DNA of 63,764 bases, counting the filler, from Octopus bimaculoides (Eukaryota): assembly GCF_001194135.2 (NCBI RefSeq). It is 6 parts of 6 records of this genome, joined end to end, with 100 filler letters (N's around TTAATTAATTAA, not from the genome) between each part and the next. Parts side by side here need not be neighbours in the genome. Positions count along the whole stretch, not along the records: positions 1 to 28,268 come from NC_068988.1; positions 28,369 to 52,467 come from NC_068990.1; 4 more parts are not named here. The stretch is one strand, 5' to 3'. Made by a program: the position numbers and the translations under genes. Positions 26,389 to 37,713 of the stretch are shown one piece after another (within the stretch, counting starts at the first letter, position 1; each line of letters starts with the position of its first letter). A model generated the notes under the pieces. That model had not been told where the DNA came from. It searched no databases and saw nothing but the letters and a program-made list of their open reading frames with translations.

Positions 26389-27025
26389 TGTATCTATCTA
26401 TCTATCTATATACATATATACAAATACATACATTCGTGTATACATACATATATTCAGCTCCTATAATTAAAGGTTTGATGGATTTCCCGGAAATTTCCCT
26501 TTACCTAAATCAAACAAAATGCATCTGTGGCTAAGGTTGGTGCTAACCTCTTATGCAAATTGATCCCAGGAGGTGTAGGTGAGGTCAGAGGTAAACTGAG
26601 TGTTGGTGGGAGTATAGAAAGTGTTGCTGTGATTTGGAAGAGGAGATTGCTGCTGGGAAGGAGAAAGCAATAAACTGTTGTATTGGTGCTGGTATTGATA
26701 TGTATGTGTGTGTGTGTGCGTGTTTGTGTTTGAGTAGCGTTGCAATACTTGATTAAGTGGGGAGGATGCCTCCTCATCAGATTGGAGGAATTGCACGCGT
26801 GTGTGTGTGTGTGTGTGTGTGCTGGAGGGAGGCATTAGAAAGGCGTGTGGGGGAATCGTGTCTTTGAAAATGGGGTGTCCCGCAGGCAGTGGATTGGAGT
26901 GTCCGAGTGATGAAGCAAAGGGGTTTTGGGTACTGGAGAAGAAGGAGTTGAATTGATGATGATGATGATGATGGCGATGATGATGGTGATGATGATGATG
27001 GTGGTGGTGGTGGTGGTGGTGGTGG

Positions 27026-27069
<44 letters not shown>

Positions 27070-28109
27070 GTGGTGATGATGGTGGTGATGTTGATGGTGA
27101 TGATGATGATGATGGTGGTGGTGGTACTGATACTGGTGATGATGGGATGTTGCTGATGGCGGTGTTGGTGTTAGTGTTGGAGGTGGTAGTAGACCGAGTG
27201 GTCATCATGTTGGCTATTGTAGTGATGTTGCTAGTGGTAGTGGTGGTAGTGGTGGTGGTGGTGGAGGAGGAGGTGGTGGTTGTAGTGATGAGACAGTAAT
27301 AATGACAATGATGATGATGATGATGATAGTGATGTTGATGTTGAATATGTTGCTTGGATGGTGCTGAAGGTAGAGAGTATACCAGTTGTGGCTAAGACGA
27401 TAATGATGATAGCAGCATTCATGATGGTCATAAAGATGATAGTGATGCTGTAGGGGATATCATATTGATGATGATGATGATGATGATGATTATAAGTATG
27501 GTGGTGGTAGTGGACAAAACCCGGATTTAAAACACTGGATGATGATGATGAATGNNNNNNNNNNNNNNNNNNNNNNNNNNNNNNNNNNNNNNNNNNNNNN
27601 NNNNNNNNNNNNNNNNNNNNNNNNNNNNNNNNNNNNNNNNNNNNNNNNNGGTAGTGGTGACGGCGGCGGTAGTGGCGGCAGCGGTGGTGTGGTGATCATA
27701 CAATTCCTAACAGTAATGATGATGATAGTGAAGTGATAATGATGACAATGATGACGACGACAATGACGACGACGATGACGATCACGACAATGACGACGAT
27801 GATGATGATGACGACGACGATGATGACGATGACGACGACGACGCTGATAATGATAATGAAGATGATGATGATTCTGAAGAGATGAGATGAGATATAGATG
27901 TTCAATAAGAGATTCCATCAATGAAGTGTGTAATGAAGCAGTGGAACACATTTACCATTTTTGGGGAATTCTCTCTCACCTTCTCACTGTCTTTCCCACT
28001 TTCTCATTTACCCAATATCTTTCTCAGTACTCTATCCCCCCCTTTTTTTTTCTCTCTCTTAAACTGTGTATCTCTCATCTTTTCCCTCCATGCTCTCAAT
28101 ATATATATG

Positions 28110-28203
<94 letters not shown>

Positions 28204-28218
28204 TACACACATATATAT

Positions 28219-28268
<50 letters not shown>

Positions 28269-28368
28269 NNNNNNNNNNNNNNNNNNNNNNNNNNNNNNNN
28301 NNNNNNNNNNNNTTAATTAATTAANNNNNNNNNNNNNNNNNNNNNNNNNNNNNNNNNNNNNNNNNNNN
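28269..28368. other. Artificial contig-join spacer (N44-TTAATTAATTAA-N44)
   Basis: An identical 100-bp block occurs five times, with stops in all six frames. Confidence 0.92.
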
Positions 28369-28644
28369 GAAATAGTTTGTGGTGTGTGCGTACGAGTAGA
28401 TGTAATCGCCTTACCTCGGTTTTCCTTTCCTCGACTGCGAGTCTGTCTTGCGGTATCCAATCCTTGAAGCTTGCCCTGACCCAAAGTACACCAGGAATAG
28501 CAGCTGCCTCTCCCAAACCTAGACCGTCGCTTAACATGTCTTGTCCTGACCACAACCCTGTTCGAAAAGGGCACGAATCTCGATCGAGGCTCCCTCTGCC
28601 CTTTTTCCCCTTCCGGTCAGCCTCCCCAGACACTGACGTCATAC

Positions 28645-29035
28645 CACATAGTGCTCAGGTGCAATACAGCTCATCAAAGGTACATGTATTGTACATAGAA
28701 TTATGTACAAAAGTTAGGAAAGTGGACAGTGTATGAGTCATGATATACATGTGTGCATGCGTATGGAGGTGAAGATATCAAGTGTAGTGTTGGTGAATTT
28801 CCGGAAGTATGGAGGTTTTAAAGGAGGCAATGTCTTGGCAACTAACAACTGATGCAAGTAGTTTGTTCCATGCTTCAGCAACTCTGGGTGTGAAAAAAAT
28901 GATTCCGAAAGTCATGGGAGCTGTGCTGTTTTCTGACTTTGTAAACATGCCTGCATGTTTTAGACACAGAGTTCAAAAAGGGGCTCGAGGTGGTTGTTGG
29001 CACGGTGGGTGTTTACCAAGTTAGTTGCCAGCTTC
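28645..29035 (-). mobile_element. CR1-clade LINE 3' fragment
   Basis: Minus strand encodes ...HVYKVRKQHSSHDFRNH/FTPRVAEAWNKLLASVVSCQDIASFK...* (stop 28778-28780, one frameshift), the typical CR1 ORF2 end. A short 3' UTR follows. Confidence 0.8.
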
Positions 29036-29442
29036 TTTCAAAATGAACTTATATTTAGTGTTACAAAATAATTTTATGACTGTTTATAAATATTCATAGT
29101 TTTAATTCCACCTTAGAATCGTTTTGCCTAAATTTTTGATTCTTTTAAGAAAAAGAGGAAAATCACTGAGGCCAACTTTGCCTGTCATCTTTCCAAGGTT
29201 GATAAAACAAAGTACTGATCAAGGAATAGGGTTGATACAGCGTTCTTGAAGCAAAAAACATGGTTTAGAATCCCAAATGATTTTTCTTAGTGTTTCCAGT
29301 TTGTGCTTTAAGAGTAGATGAGGGTTTTAGCTTTCTTAGGCTACAGTATTCTTGAGATGAGCAACAATCATAGAATATTTACTTTGGAAGAAAAAATGAT
29401 GGGACAATATCACACAAATCTTATACAGGATATAGAAAAATT

Positions 29443-29637
29443 ATTTCAAATTTTGGCACAAGGCCAGTAATTTTTGGGGAGTGGCTAAGTAGATTACATT
29501 GATCCCAATGTTGGACTGGTACTTATTTTATTGACCCTGAAAGGATGAAAAGCTAAGTTGACCCCAGTGGCATTTGAATTCAGAATGTAAAGTCGGAAGA
29601 AATGCCACAGTAACAATTCTGCCAGCTTGCTGTCTTT
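29443..29637 (-). mobile_element. Family-D SINE
   Basis: Reverse complement of the D body seen at 33222 and 55738. Confidence 0.75.
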
Positions 29638-29724
29638 AGGATATAGAATAATATTACATGGGGTATAAAATAACATCACACAGGGTATAGAATAATATCC
29701 CATACATTAACAGGATATAGAATG

Positions 29725-29890
29725 ATAACACACTCTCAGAGTGGTTGGTGTTAGGAAGGGTATCCAACCATAGAAACCATGCCAGATCAGACTTGAGTCT
29801 GGTGCAGCTCCTCAGCTTACCAGCCTTGGTCAAACCATCCAACCCATGCCATCATGGACGACAGATGTTAAATGATGATGATGACGATGA
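29725..29890 (+). mobile_element. Family-B (RTE-tail) retroposon
   Basis: GGTTGGTGTTAGGAAGGGTATCCA...CCATCCAACCCATGCC...(GAT)n. Confidence 0.8.
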
Positions 29891-30801
29891 CACCAACAGG
29901 ATATGGAATAATATCATGCACGTTAACAGGATATAAAATAATATCACACATGTTAACAGGATGAGACAAAACATCACATACAATACAGAATATAGAATGA
30001 CATCACACACATTGACAGGATGTATGACACATCAGTCATTGAGTCCACTACAAGTTGTAATTGTTGGAAGAGGCCATATTATGTAGATTTATGATCAAAT
30101 GCATTCTAGCCATGACCATCTTATCTATCTAGGAACTAAATCATCTTATGTGACCTACATTTTTTTTCTCCAGATAATTGGGTATAATTTAAAGGAGACT
30201 TAATTACAATTTCTAGCAGATTGACTGACCACTTAGAAGCTCTTTCATGGTTTGATAACTGGACTTATAAAATTTTAGTTTTTAATTTAGTATTCCAACA
30301 GATAATGTTCAGTTCAATAATAACATTTACCTTTTATTCCTTGGGTAAGAATTCCATATCCTCATCATTCTTACAGGAGACACAAAATCAAGTCACTTTT
30401 GACATATATTCTGATCATGCAAAGTAACTACCATACAACTACACAAATGGTAAATTTCCTTTATAATTACTCCCTTCTTACAGCCCCTTCATATAATATA
30501 GTTGTTACATATTTTCAAGTTGAATAACAGCACATTCAGAAGTAAAAAATGAAGGCAGGTTAAAGTTGTATTTTATATTGAGATTGATTCAGCTTTGTTG
30601 TTTATTTTGATTAATATTAATACCAGGGCAGTAGGATCCAAATGATAGCACACCCGGTCACATAAACCAATATACCACGCCACTGGAATATACTGAAATG
30701 AAACTGTAGAGTCATTTCAACCACTCAGTCCTAATCTTCTTCAGGAAGCTCTGATATTTTAGAATGAAAAACACATGTTTTAAGGCCTAAATTTTAGGAC
30801 T

Positions 30802-32321
30802 TACACTACTTTTGTTTTGATTAATTTTTTTAAAAATTAGTAAAGTATGTCATTATTAAACTAGTGCTTAGGACATAACATGAAATTTTAATGGAAGGTT
30901 TTAATTTAGACCAGTTTAGAAAGGAAGTCTGTGTCATAGGTCCAGGGGCAGTCTAAGATAGGTTGGCATCAAAAGGGTTATTATTTTTTTCATCTCAGCA
31001 AAAAGCACAAGTTCTTGGCTTTGGGTAAAAGGAAATACAGGAGGATCAGTTAATGCAACATATTTTGGTCCTAAATTCCTAATCAACAGGAGACCTAAGG
31101 GTGGACAAAAAATGAGATGTTTAGATAATATCCATATTCTCAATTGGCTATACTTGAGAATCCCATCAGAAAGTCTAATCACAGTTGCTTCTGATTAGTT
31201 GTTGGGACTCTATCCCTACAACTCATTGAGGAATAGTGAGCAGAGAAAATGAATGATTGAGTGAAGTCCTAACAATAAAATAGTATGGTCTTCCTTGTTT
31301 TTATATATTAGTCAGAGGTGAGATTGATGTACTTGATACTCAGTTTAAACATCTGTAAATTAATGCATGTCGGGAAAATATCAAAACATCGACCAAATGG
31401 TTCTTTGATCAGCTACCTCTGTGCCATTAGATAAAACATGAGATATAGGTGTACAACAGGAAACATCAAAGTTCCAAATTGTGTAAAATAGCATTGTGTT
31501 GTATTTCAGGAAGAAGTATTTAACCCATGTTTACTTAGAGCCCTTAACTGTGCAATATTAAGGTACAATCTTATCCTTAGTTGTATGAAACTGACAAAGA
31601 ACCAATGAGAAATTACTAGAACTGTGCTAAAGGTCTACTAAAACTGTCTGGAATTCTCAACAACAATCACTCAAATTGGTTTTGAAGAAATGAAAATGTC
31701 CATTAACCTTTATTGGCGTTTTTGTCTACTTTGGTATATTGGAATGTTCTTCCAATTAATTTTATCCATACAACATCTAATGTCCAAGTGGCTAAAAAGT
31801 GTCAGTAAAAGGGCACTCAGGAGTCATGACCTGGATGTGGCCCAGCCTAGCCCCTTTAAAGTGTAAGAAACTATGAGTAAAACACTTGCCTGAGTGGGGT
31901 TCTTTTCTCTGAAGATCTTCTATTGTTCAGCTCTTCTGAAGCAAATATTACTTAGAAGTAAACCTTGACGCAATTTCTTCATCCTCTGTTCTGTGGTGTA
32001 AACATGACTATTTCTTCAGTGCTACAAATTCATCAATTTGTTTTTAAGCAGATATAACAGTGCTCAACAATTTACTAACTATTTTATTACTACACTTCAG
32101 TTGAAATACACTGCTTTTGTTTTGATTAATTTTTAAAAAAATTAGTAAAGTATGCCATTATTAAACTAGTGCTTAGGACATAACATGAAATTTTAATGGA
32201 AGGTTTTAATTTAGACCAGTTTAGAAAGGAAGTCTGTGTCATAGGTCCAGGGGCAGTCTAAGATAGGTTGACATAAAAGGGATATTATTTTTTTCATCTC
32301 AGCAAAAAGCACAAGTCCTTG
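30802..32321 (+). repeat. About 215-bp direct repeat pair (30802-31017 and 32107-32321)
   Basis: Near-identical blocks 1305 bp apart. Each contains a MITE right end (AAAAGGG) plus a shared flank TTTTTTCATCTCAGCAAAAAGCACAAG. Confidence 0.9.
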
Positions 32322-33221
32322 TGGTTAGGCAACTGGATTCTTGATCATAAGGCTGTGGGTTCAATTCTCAGTTTGGGAGGTTTGTAATGTTTTTGAGCAA
32401 GAAAACTTTACTTCATGTTGTTCCAGTTCAATCAGCCTGTAAAAGAATGATGGAGCACCCAGTCAGTGCCGGTTATTTGGTACAACATCATTAACAAGTT
32501 AGTGATATGACCAAACACCTTCAAGTATGGGAAAGGGGACAGCTAGCAGTGGACTTCTACTTCTTGTCATTATCATTTTCCCCTTCATCTTAGACAATAA
32601 TGGATAATACAAATGCTACAAACCTACCTCATACTTCAATGAATTCAAACTGAAATTTTATCAACTTGGGCATTGCAAAAAAATAATATCAGCAGCAGTA
32701 ATATAAGGCATTTAATATAATTAATGATAGATTCCCCTATCAATCACATAAAATCTCTTGTGATTAATCAAAAGAAATCATCAACAGTCCTTTATTTGAC
32801 TGGTAAATATACTTTGCACTGATCTAGAGTTCGGTGCCACAAAAATTATTCAATCAATCATCTTTACTGGATGGTTGTTGTTGTTGTTATTCTGGCTATA
32901 AAGTAGAAATGATCTGTCTTTGACAGCAGCAAGTTATTCTCAATTCCATCCAGTGATGCACACTTGGATGTATGGCTAAGAAGTTAGCTTTGCAGCCATG
33001 TGGTTCCAGGTTGATTCCACTGTGGAATGCAGTAGCACCTTGAACAAGGGTCTTCTGCTCTAACCTTAGAATTTGGTAGATAGTAGCTGCATGGAAGCCA
33101 GTAGTGTGTGTGCATGCATGTGTTTGTGTACATGCACGTATATATGTATTCAATAATCTAAGCCTGAAAGAGACAGGCTTCTTTCTGTTAGATACCTGCA
33201 AAACTTTAAGTTGCATAGACC

Positions 33222-33675
33222 CAAAGGCAGCGAGCTGGCAGAAAAGTTAGCACACCAGGCGAAATGCTTAGCAGTATTTCGTCTGCCATTACGTTCTGAG
33301 CTTGAATTCCGCCAAGGTTGACTTTGCCTTTCATCCTTTCGGGGTTGATAAATTAAGTACCAGTTACACACTGGGGTTGTTGTAATCGACTTAATCCCTC
33401 TGTCTGTCCTTGTTTGTCCCCTCTATGTTTAGCCCCTTGTGGGCAATAAAGAAATAAGAAACGTTAACATGCCAGGCAAAATGCTTAGTGGTATGCATGG
33501 GCAGCTGCTGGTCTTTCATAAACAACCTTCTGAGTTCAAATTCCGCCGAGGCCATCTTTGCCTTTCATTCTTTCAGGGTCGATAAATTAAGTACCAGTTG
33601 TGTACTGATGTCGATCTAATCGACTGGCCCCCTCTCCAAAAATTTCAGGCCTTGTGCCTAGAGTAGAAAAGAATA
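33222..33675 (+). mobile_element. Two tandem family-D SINEs
   Basis: GGCAGCGAGCTGGCAGAA head and GACTTTGCCTTTCATCC...AAGTACCAGTT core, each present twice. Confidence 0.8.
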
Positions 33676-33821
33676 TATATATCTATCTATATATATATAC
33701 AATAATATAGGGTAAAATTATTAATAATAATAATTTTATCAAGTAGTCAGTACATTAAAAAACCTTTTAGGTAAATTATACAAAATATTCTATAATTATA
33801 TACGTAACTATAATAAGGGGG

Positions 33822-33957
33822 CAGCTAATTGCCTCGCCATGTACTGAATTAGAAGCAGACACTTATGTCTTTCCAACTACATTCAAAACTGTGTTATTTC
33901 CTTGGAGGTTCAATGGTAGTTGAAAAAACATTCAGTACATGGAGAGGCAATTAGCTG
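33822..33957. repeat. Inverted repeat, 28-bp arms (27/28)
   Basis: CAGCTAATTGCCTCGCCATGTACTGAAT (33822-33849) versus 33930-33957. Confidence 0.9.
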
Positions 33958-34392
33958 NNNNNNNNNNNNNNNNNNNNNNNNNNNNNNNNNNNNNNNNNNN
34001 NNNNNNNNNNNNNNNNNNNNNNNNNNNNNNNNNNNNNNNNNNNNNNNNNNNNNNNNNNNNNNNNNNNNNNNNNNNNNNNNNNNNNNNNNNNNNNNNNNNN
34101 NNNNNNNNNNNNNNNNNNNNNNNNNNNNNNNNNNNNNNNNNNNNNNNNNNNNNNNNNNNNNNNNNNNNNNNNNNNNNNNNNNNNNNNNNNNNNNNNNNNN
34201 NNNNNNNNNNNNNNNNNNNNNNNNNNNNNNNNNNNNNNNNNNNNNNNNNNNNNNNNNNNNNNNNNNNNNNNNNNNNNNNNNNNNNNNNNNNNNNNNNNNN
34301 NNNNNNNNNNNNNNNNNNNNNNNNNNNNNNNNNNNNNNNNNNNNNNNNNNNNNNNNNNNNNNNNNNNNNNNNNNNNNNNNNNNNNNNNNNNN

Positions 34393-34432
<40 letters not shown>

Positions 34433-34435
34433 GTG

Positions 34436-34800
34436 TGATGGCACATGGGTCAGTGGTTAGGGTGATGTGAAGACACATGGCTCTATAGTTAAAGTGTTCG
34501 GCTCACAATCATAAGGTAATGAGTTCGATTCCTGGACTAGGCTGCGTTGTATTCTTGAGCAAGAGACTTTATTTCATGTTGCTCCAGTTTGCTTGGCTGC
34601 AGAAATGTGTTGCAACATCACTGGTGCCAAGCTGTATCAGCCTTTGCCTTTCCTTTGGATAACATTGGTAGCATGGAGAGGGAAGGCTGGTATGCATGGG
34701 CGACTGCTACCTTCCACAAACAACCTTGCCCGGACTTGTGCCTCAGAGGATAACTTTCTAGGTGCAATCCTATGGTCATTCATGACCGAAGGAGGTCCTC
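34436..34800 (+). mobile_element. tRNA-derived SINE with family-A head and a distinct 3' domain
   Basis: Duplicated A-box segment, B box GAGTTCGATTCC, CORE-like TTCTTGAGCAAGAGACTT. Confidence 0.75.
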
Positions 34801-35585
34801 TCCTTTTCTCTCTCAGTATATATGTATATATTTGTTCTTTTGGCCCTGAGGCTGTATTCTGCTCATTAGTTATTTCATCTTTGTTCTTCATCCATCATCT
34901 TAAATTACATTTATCCACTTTCTTATGTCCACTTCTTTATCACTTGTCATCCATGTACTGTTTGCTCTTGGCTCTATGTTCCCCACAACTTTCACAGGCA
35001 CTGCCAACATGGGAAACATCTCAGTCTTATCATTAATGGTGCGTAACTGAGTAATACCATCTGGTTGATAACTGATGAAGAGTTGGGGACCTTTTGTGCC
35101 TGTCATCCATCCGTTTGTGCACTCAATGTACGTTATATGTTTTTTTGCTTTTTGTTTGTGTATTTGCTATACATTTTTTCATTTGTTATGTGTGTGTGTG
35201 TATATATATATATGTATGTGTGTCTTGTAGGAATGGTTGTGGTTAAGAAGCTTGCTTCAGACCATGCAGTCTCAGGTTTAGTATCAAAATGCAGCACCTT
35301 GGGCATACTCTACTATTGCTCCAGGCCAATCATAGCCTTTTAAATAGATTTAGTAGGTGTGTGTGTGTGTACCCTTGTCTTGACATCATGTAATGATTGT
35401 AAATGAGAATCATAGTCATACAAGTGATGTTGCTCACTTCCTGTCTTCCAAGGTGAAATATTACCTTGCTAGGAAATAGGTGATGGTTGGCAACAAGAAG
35501 GACATCTGGATGTAGAAAATATGTCTCAAGAAATTCTGTTTGACACATGGATAAGTGGATATTAAATGATGATGATAATGATATA

Positions 35586-35794
35586 TATGAGGGAGTGCTG
35601 AAATGTTCCTGGCTTTGGGTAAAAGGAAATACAGGAGGATCAGTTAATGCAACATATTCCCCTCTTGGATTCACACACTTATTACAGCAGTCCTTCAGTT
35701 TTTCTAAGCCCTGTAAAAGAACTCAGAAGGTTGGCCCTCCTACCAGGCCTTTCATGATACCCTCAAAACCAGAATCTTTAAACAACCCCTCATA
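35586..35794 (-). mobile_element. mariner-derived MITE
   Basis: TA-flanked ends TATGAGGG...CCCCTCATA. Minus strand retains the transposase C-terminus (GLEKLKD..NKCVNPRGEYV, matching RWxKCVxxxGxYVE). Confidence 0.8.
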
Positions 35795-36964
35795 CACACA
35801 CACAAGGTTATGCTGAAAAGTTCCTGGTTTTAAGGGTATAGATTTCCTTGTCAGTATTGTTGCTGTCAAATATCCAGTGTACCACTGATTGGCTCTTAAT
35901 GCTAACCCTGACCACATTATTGTTTAACAAATTTCAATATAGAATATGAAACCAACATACTTTTCATATATGTTCACAGCAGGTTGTAATTTATGACAAA
36001 ATGAAGATATCAACTTTGTAATATTTGAGCATGTTCTGGTTATAAATCTTACTTGTCACATTTAAAATACTGAAGGACACTTTAGGATTTGTAAAGGTCA
36101 GTTTTAACCAAACTAGTGGAACCTATTTTCCTAGAATAAGAAACAAATCTTTCTATCAAGACATAACACAATTACAATCCCTCTCAATTCTATATTGACT
36201 AATTGTAGTGGTGGCCACAATTGGAAGGTCTACTTTATAAATCATGTTTTTCAATGGCATAAACAGGAGCAACAATGGAAGTCTCATGGATTTGAGCTTT
36301 CTCAAGTCTGTTAGTTTCAAATAGCTCAGGCAACACTCTGTATTTGAAAAGGTTAACCAAATAATAAATAAACAATATTTTCCAAGTGAAATGTTAAACA
36401 ATGCAACTCCTTTGATCTTTTAATGTCATAAATTCAGTTTTAGAAGCAGAGTGGCTGAAAAGTGAAAGGTTTTGTACTACTGATGGCTCCATAATAATCT
36501 AGCATTGAAGTCTCGCTTACATCTATTCTGCCACACCCAACCAATAATTTGATGTCTATTGGCAGACAATTGATACACCACCATTAGATCATAAAATTAC
36601 TTGCAGCATTTAGCCATATTCTATTAAATTTATTATAATATTTAGTTTTGTCTCACTACAATCTGAGTTCTAAGCCTTTTATCCGTTTAGACATATAAAA
36701 CAAATAACAATAATATACTTGGGTATAACTAAATCAACTGAATTTCAACCAATCTTTAGATGGAGGAAAACCAAATGTATGAAAATATTTTGTCCCATAA
36801 ATGAATGAAATGGCTGTGGACAAATGGCCAATGTAGCTGATAGTTTATAAATTTACAGAGAATGCAGTTAAGATTAGACACGGCTCTAACGATAGGGAAA
36901 CTATTGTATATTCAAAGGTTATTAAATCTTAATGTTTTGTAACACAGAAGTGTTTATCTCTGTA

Positions 36965-37275
36965 TTAGGCACTTACACTCTGCTTAAAAGAGAGCAGGTC
37001 AGGTGGGCAAGCAACCTGGTTTGAAAGCCTGATGCATGACTAACCAAAAGACTGTTTTACAGTGAACTGGCAGAAGGCAAGCGCATGCAAGGTAGACAGA
37101 AAAAGCACTTCAAAGATACATTCAAAGCCTCACTGAAGTGTTTTCAGATCAACCCCAACACATGGTCAATGCAAGCACAAGACTGCCCTGTCGGACATAG
37201 CTGTACCAATAGAGGTGCCATCTCCTACAAACAGAATAGCAGGAGCACAAAGAAAACATGAACTGCACAAGCCCA
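36965..37275 (+). mobile_element. RTE-clade LINE fragment (post-RT region, decayed)
   Basis: TLLKREQVRW...KRLFYSELAEGKRMQGRQKKHFKDTFKASLK, the typical RTE/BovB C-terminal motif, with stops. Confidence 0.8.
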
Positions 37276-37622
37276 TGGTCATCATCAACAATGGTGGATG
37301 AACATTATTATTATTAAGCATTGCTAAAGCCCATTCTTTCTAGATCTGCTATAATTATTCAAATAACAGTAATATGAACCCCTTATTTGTTAAGTCAGTA
37401 AACACTAGCAACAGGAAAGACATCTGATAGTAAGATAATGCCTCAGTATGTATACATGTAACCCATGCCTGTATGGAAATATGGATGTAAAACAAATGAA
37501 AAATAGTACTATCTTTCTAAATAATGTGTTTTATTTATCTTAAAGCATTTTCTGGATGGTAGGCTAAGGGCATAGTGTTTACTAAACGTTTACTGGTATT
37601 TTCTGCTGCTTTTACTGAGATT

Positions 37623-37713
37623 TCAGCTGATACTTTCATCCCAATCTATTGGTTCTACAGATATTTCAAGTGTTTGAAAGTTGGCCCTAGCATCCATTAA
37701 AAGATCAGCATCT
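37623..37713 (-). CDS. Candidate terminal coding exon (DADLLMDARANFQTLEISVEPIDWDESIS*)
   Basis: T-rich tract with an AAG acceptor at 37715-37714, 29 open codons, TGA, and AATAAA at 37530-37535 with T-rich sequence downstream. No homology recognised. Confidence 0.3.

Noticed and set aside
28313-28324. TTAATTAATTAA as a homeodomain site or biological motif
   Set aside because: It is always centred in exactly 44+44 Ns, so it is an assembly linker.
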